Shown: piece after piece, positions 59,274 through 64,000 of the stretch
Layout: every line of letters begins with the position of its first letter
Numbering within the stretch: the first letter of the stretch is position 1
Assembly (NCBI GenBank): GCA_008369845.1
Contig: MRSU01010452.1
Coordinates: 1 to 64,000 of the forward strand
Direction of reading: 5' to 3'
DNA from: Trichomonas gallinae
Taxonomy: Eukaryota
DNA length: 64,000 nucleotides
Notes under the pieces: generated by a model
Database searches by the model: none
What the model was told of the DNA's origin: nothing
The model's input: the letters and a program-made list of their open reading frames with translations, nothing else
Position numbers and translations under genes: made by a program

Positions 59274-60254
59274 TCATTTAAAAGCAGCCGAATAATTCAG
59301 TCTTGTGAATGAATCCTGCTCACTTATCAAACGCTTCAACTCTTCATTTCTTCCTCTTAGCTCATTTATTTCTTCTTCCATTTTTGAAAATTCTTCAAAC
59401 AAATGATATGATTTAGATTCGTCTTCTTTGGGGACAAGCGACGACTTAGCAATAATCATTCTTAATCTAGTAATATCTTCGTTAATTTCTTGAATTTTTT
59501 CGCGATTATGATTTGCAATACTTTGATACATCTCCTCTGTTGTTTTTAGCTCGAAAATCTGCTTGTTTATATCATTCTCGTATTGCTCTCGTTCTTGTTG
59601 GTATTTTCTAGAGATTTGGTCCATTTTTTCTTTGTGTATTTTTTCGATTTCGACAATTTGTTGTTTAAATTTCTGATTTGCTTCATTTGACTCTCTCTGT
59701 TGCCTTTTCTTCTCGTTTATTGTATCCTCAATCTGCCCAGCAACAGCAATAACTTGTTGGTTTCGCTGAGTAACTAATTTACTAATTGCTGTGTCTATTG
59801 AGTCAACAACTGATGTATATTTTTCAGACAACTTCTTTGCACGCGTAAATCTATAGTGTTTATCGTTAAAGTCGCCAGAAATGATAAATTTTGCAACAAA
59901 ATCTTCTGTATCTTGTAAGGCCGTGCGTAACTCATTGTGAACATATTCTAGCTCCTTCTCATGTTTTATTTTGAGTTTGTTAGCTTCAGAATTCATAATT
60001 TCGATAATTGCAGAAATTTCTTGCTGATATTCCTTTCTATTATTGTCTCGCTGATATGTGAGTGCATCTATCTCTGATTTACTCCTTAAATCGTCATCTC
60101 TGATCTTTTTTTCGGTATCCTGAATTTCTCTTTGTACTTCAGCCAATTCTTTGTTTGCTTCGTCTATCTGGGTCCTCAGCATCTGCACAAGCTCTTCAGT
60201 TGTCTGTCCTTTCTGTGCATTTTTCGTTGCCGGACGTTTATGGATTCCATACAT
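59274..60254 (-). CDS. Coiled-coil protein
   Basis: 326-aa heptad-rich ORF. Confidence 0.8.
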   Translation of the reverse strand: MYGIHKRPATKNAQKGQTTEELVQMLRTQIDEANKELAEVQREIQDTEKKIRDDDLRSKSEIDALTYQRDNNRKEYQQEISAIIEIMNSEANKLKIKHEKELEYVHNELRTALQDTEDFVAKFIISGDFNDKHYRFTRAKKLSEKYTSVVDSIDTAISKLVTQRNQQVIAVAGQIEDTINEKKRQQRESNEANQKFKQQIVEIEKIHKEKMDQISRKYQQEREQYENDINKQIFELKTTEEMYQSIANHNREKIQEINEDITRLRMIIAKSSLVPKEDESKSYHLFEEFSKMEEEINELRGRNEELKRLISEQDSFTRLNYSAAFK

Positions 60255-60716
60255 TCATTTATGGGTCTTCCACTAAAATACAGGGTCCATTATTTAAAAT
60301 TAGTTAACCAGGGTCTTACAAAAAAATAAAGGGTCCAAATTTTAAAAGAAGTAGTTGAGGGTCCAAATTTATTTATACGATATAGATATACCAACATTGA
60401 AATATGTTAATCATTATTACAATATTGAACGGAAGCACCGCGACTATTATTCCAATTCTGTTCAAACAACGAAATTGTATTTTATTTTCGTTATCCTTTT
60501 GATATTTTCGAAAACAAATTCAAAAAATAGCAAGCTTATGAATAATGTTGACTTATTACCGCATAATGTCAAATCGAGAAAAAATTTCACGGGCGTCGAA
60601 CACTAAAATAATAGGTTTAATAAATTATATTGTTAATGTATTTGTTATTTGTAGTAATAAAAATGTCATTTTAAATAAATAAACGGTTATGTCAGTTTTC
60701 TGTTAATTTTTTTCAA

Positions 60717-62636
60717 ATGGAAGCAGCCAATAAAATCCTCGAAATAGAAAGTCTTAAAGTAAAGAAATTTAGTGAAGTCCAGATAATGGATGTTTTCAAG
60801 AACTACCACGAAGCTTCTACACTTATTTTAGCCAAAAATTTAAATGTCGACGAAATTTGCGAAAAATTAACGAAAATGATCGAAGAAAAACTCATCAGTA
60901 TCCAATTCGTTATTAAAACAATTCTTCATGCAGCTGATATAAATTACAAAGAAAAGCAAAATCTTGCCAATTTAGCTTCTAAATTAAAAGAAAAATTCGA
61001 ATTTAAATTAAGAGAAAGAGATGAAGAAAACCTTCAGAAATTGATTGTACCAGAACAGGTCGACACTGAGTGTCCATTCTATCTGGTCAAAAACGATCTC
61101 GTTGACAAACTCAAAGAGAAAATTATCGACTTCGCAAAATTAATGACAGATGATAAAACATTGTTAGATTTCGCATGCAAGTACGGCTCACTTCAGTGTT
61201 ATGAGTTTCTCATCGAAAAGGGCTGCACAATCACAGATAACACAATCAAATACGCAATCCAGGGCCAAAACATGAAGATTATCGAAAAAATGGATAAAGA
61301 AAAAATCGGAAATTATCTTTCAGCAGCTATCTCTGTAAATAACAATGAACTTGCTGATTGGATTCTCGCCAATTATAAGGCAAAGGCTGTTACAGTCAGC
61401 CAGTGCATGGATTCATCAAATTTCGTTGCCGCATCTTTCTTTATTGAAAATGGATTTGATATCAAAGAAATGTGTGAAATTTTTTGTTATCATATAACGC
61501 TATTGAGGTTTGTTATAATATAACTATGTTTATCTTGAAATTAGAGAATTTATCAAATTTTAATAATGGAATTTGTTATTATAATATACGACAATTTATT
61601 ATATATAAATGAAATATATCATGTTTACATCAAAAGAATCCACTTTGTGTTGCAATTGAATTTAATTCTTTGGATATCGCAAAATTCTTAGTCGACTTCG
61701 GTGCTGAGACAAATTGCATTTATATTCATCTTTAACAGACAGAGAAATTCATTGTTATTTCAAAAAATTTATAATTTTCTTATTACGATATTCATTTTGT
61801 GCTTTTTCAAGCTTTCATTATTTTGTTATTTCGCAGTTCATTATATTTTCATTATGGTGACGTTCGTTTTTTAATTTTGAAGTTGAATTTTGTCCGTTAG
61901 CCATTGCAATCGAATGTAATTTACTTGAATTCGTCAATTTCCTTATCGAGAACGGTGCTGATGTTAATGTCACTTTAATTCATTATTTAATAATTTAATT
62001 CTTTATTAATTTATACTCACGTTCATTTTTACTTCATTGGGTTCATCATATTCTTAGAAACGCATTCATTTTGCTTTAATTGGGTTCATTTTATATTTTT
62101 AATGATATTCATTATTTATCAATGAAATGAGTCCTCTTAGTATTGCAATCGAACAGCATAACCTTGATATTGTTACTTCCTTAGTTGAACACGGCGCTAA
62201 TGTCAACATTGTTTTAATTTATTTTAATATTATCAAGTTCATACTTCATCTCATCACATTCATTATATTATCATAGCCAAATTCATTATTTCTATTTGGC
62301 ATTCATTAATATTTAATTGCACAATTTATCAAAATATAACAAATGCCCGCTTTCAATTGCAATTGTTGAGAAATCTGCTGACATTGCTTCTTACTTGATT
62401 AACCATGGCGCCGACGTAAACACAACAATCAGAGTCCACACAATTCATTTTATTCTTATAATGGAGTTTATCATTCATTCAATACGTTCTTCACTCTTTT
62501 ATGAAGTTTTTTGTTTGTTTTTGAGAAAAGCCTCTTCTCGCTCGCTAACGAAAACAGATTCGAAGATATCATTCCTGATCTTGTTGAACATGGCGCAAAT
62601 CAAAACGGTGGACGCTCAAGCTGCCGCATATTCTAG
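60717..62636 (+). CDS. DUF3447/ankyrin-repeat protein with CaaX end, in six coding segments: 60717-61478, 61628-61723, 61879-61977, 62118-62216, 62329-62442, 62523-62636 (junctions approximate)
   Basis: N-terminal LLDFACKYGSLQCYEFL...AIQGQN...NELADWIL, then five intact ankyrin repeats in shifting frames, ending SSCRIF*. Confidence 0.75.
61479..61627 (+). other. Intervening sequence 1 (~149 nt)
   Basis: AT-rich, in-frame stop, lies between GFDIKEMCE and HQKNPLCVA. Confidence 0.65.
61724..61878 (+). other. Intervening sequence 2 (~155 nt)
   Basis: Starts ATTCAT, lies between GAETNCIY and EVEFCPLAIA. Confidence 0.65.
61978..62117 (+). other. Intervening sequence 3 (~140 nt)
   Basis: Starts ATTCAT, lies between GADVNVTL and INEMSPLSIA. 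Confidence 0.65.
62217..62328 (+). other. Intervening sequence 4 (~112 nt)
   Basis: Starts ATTTAT, lies between GANVNIVL and SKYNKCPLSIA. Confidence 0.65.
62443..62522 (+). other. Intervening sequence 5 (~80 nt)
   Basis: Starts ATTCAT, lies between GADVNTTIRVHT and EKSLFSLANE. Confidence 0.6.
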
Positions 62637-63112
62637 AAAAAAAACCTAAGCTGCGATTAAAATTATTTTATTTTAAATTATCATATTGATATGAAAATGC
62701 AATATCTACGCACCATAGTCCTGAAATACAAAGCAGATGGTCCTAATATTGTATTTAATTTTAAGAAAAAAATTATCATGATTTAAGCCTCATAAAACAT
62801 ATCAACAGCTCACATAAATCAATAATGTATAAGAAAATCAACTTTATATATTCTAATTTAATGAAAATTAATTTCAACAAATTTTTTTTGAAAAAAATCA
62901 CTTTTGACTATAAAATACTCCATAACTCATCTATTTGCGTTTATGACATGTATGCTACAGCTCATTTTAAATTAAATTTGATTTATCAAATTAGAAAATA
63001 GAAAATAACTATTTTTAATTATAGAACATTCCATATAGTATAGAATTATATTAAATATTTGCGATGTGCAGCTTGGTATCAAATTTATCTAAATATTTTA
63101 TTAAATAATAGC

Positions 63113-64000
63113 TCAATTTCTAGGTACTTTAACCTTTGTCTTTCCAGACAATGGAACTGATGCCTTGGATGACTCAGGGCCAGGCTCTAAAGAAGCTTGT
63201 CCTGTTAAAAGTTTATAAGGAATTGTCATGAAAGCAATTCCAGCGCGTTTTAAGAGCGAGACTGTATACTTCTCGCCATATCTATCAGCACCGGAGATAA
63301 CATTGATCATTTTATCGCCGAAATCTCCGAGATTTACAATTTGACGGATATCTGGGTCCTCGAGGTTAATAAGAGCGAGGAGTTCACCCTTGAGAAGGAC
63401 CGTGATCCAATTATCATGGAAATCCCAATATCCGGACTTCCACTTAAGAAGACCGATTGTTTTAGAACCAACAACTGTCATGATGCATTTTTCGCCCGTA
63501 ACTGACACGACGACAACTCTGTCCTTGTCAACCTTAAAGTCAGCGATCGTTGGGCACATTTTTGATGTTGTTCTATAATATTCCTTGAATTCGCCATTTT
63601 CGAAGTAGAAAAGAGATTCCTGTTGCTGGATAAGGTATCCATTACCAAATGCAGCAATGTTTGATGCTGTAATCGGTAATTTATGCTCACCGATAACAAT
63701 TTCATCGTATCTGTTTAATTCTTCGTAAGCATTAAGCTTGATTTTGATTATACGTAACGAGCCCTTATGAAGTATGACTAATTCGTTTGGTTTTTCTGGA
63801 TTCATTGAACCAGCAAATGCAACAACTTCGTTCATGTTTGGATAACTGAACAGTGTGCAGCAGAATTGGTGTCCATTATCGTAAATACCGAATTTACCAG
63901 TTGAATCTTGGAAAATGACGCATGTTTCTGGGTGAGGATAGAATTCTGGTCTTTCTTCCTCAGGTAATGCTTGATGCTGAATAGAGCCATCGAGGCAGAT
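63113..64000 (-). CDS. Hypothetical protein, 5' partial (runs off the window)
   Basis: Frame stays open from 63835 to 64000; beta-propeller-like composition. Confidence 0.75.
   Translation of the reverse strand: MCLDGSIQHQALPEEERPEFYPHPETCVIFQDSTGKFGIYDNGHQFCCTLFSYPNMNEVVAFAGSMNPEKPNELVILHKGSLRIIKIKLNAYEELNRYDEIVIGEHKLPITASNIAAFGNGYLIQQQESLFYFENGEFKEYYRTTSKMCPTIADFKVDKDRVVVVSVTGEKCIMTVVGSKTIGLLKWKSGYWDFHDNWITVLLKGELLALINLEDPDIRQIVNLGDFGDKMINVISGADRYGEKYTVSLLKRAGIAFMTIPYKLLTGQASLEPGPESSKASVPLSGKTKVKVPRN

Noticed and set aside
61472..62131. Canonical GT-AG introns in the ankyrin gene
   Set aside because: Nearby pairs (61472 or 61474 with 61636; 61969 with 62131) do not restore frame, inserts 2 and 4 lack suitably placed sites, and no ACTAAC branch motif is present.
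62317..62649. 110-aa ORF as a standalone gene
   Set aside because: It starts at TTG and consists of one ankyrin repeat plus read-through of insert 5; the true terminal repeat is in another frame.

Overview
AT-rich, gene-dense eukaryotic DNA with almost no introns, most likely from a trichomonad (Trichomonas vaginalis-like). This is inferred from the DUF3447/ankyrin gene, the Rab and kinase families, and the TCAYT/AAAGTGAC-type upstream elements. About 35 protein-coding genes are present, including gamma-tubulin, coronin, PRPP synthetase, CK2-beta, SmD1, two Rabs, kinases, a PPP phosphatase and several centriole/flagellar proteins. The standout is a DUF3447-ankyrin locus at 60717-62636. Its five C-terminal ankyrin repeats are each intact but separated by 80-155 nt AT-rich inserts. 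Each insert lies in the same inter-repeat loop, shifts the reading frame, can be drawn starting with ATT, and lacks usable GT-AG or trichomonad branch-point signals. Removing them gives a ~427-aa protein ending in a CaaX box, so this is a candidate non-canonical intron or recoding system. Also noted: phased arrays of a TTTACAYGWCA upstream motif, GGGTC box arrays, a doubly frameshifted CARMIL-like gene and a dispersed 51-bp repeat.
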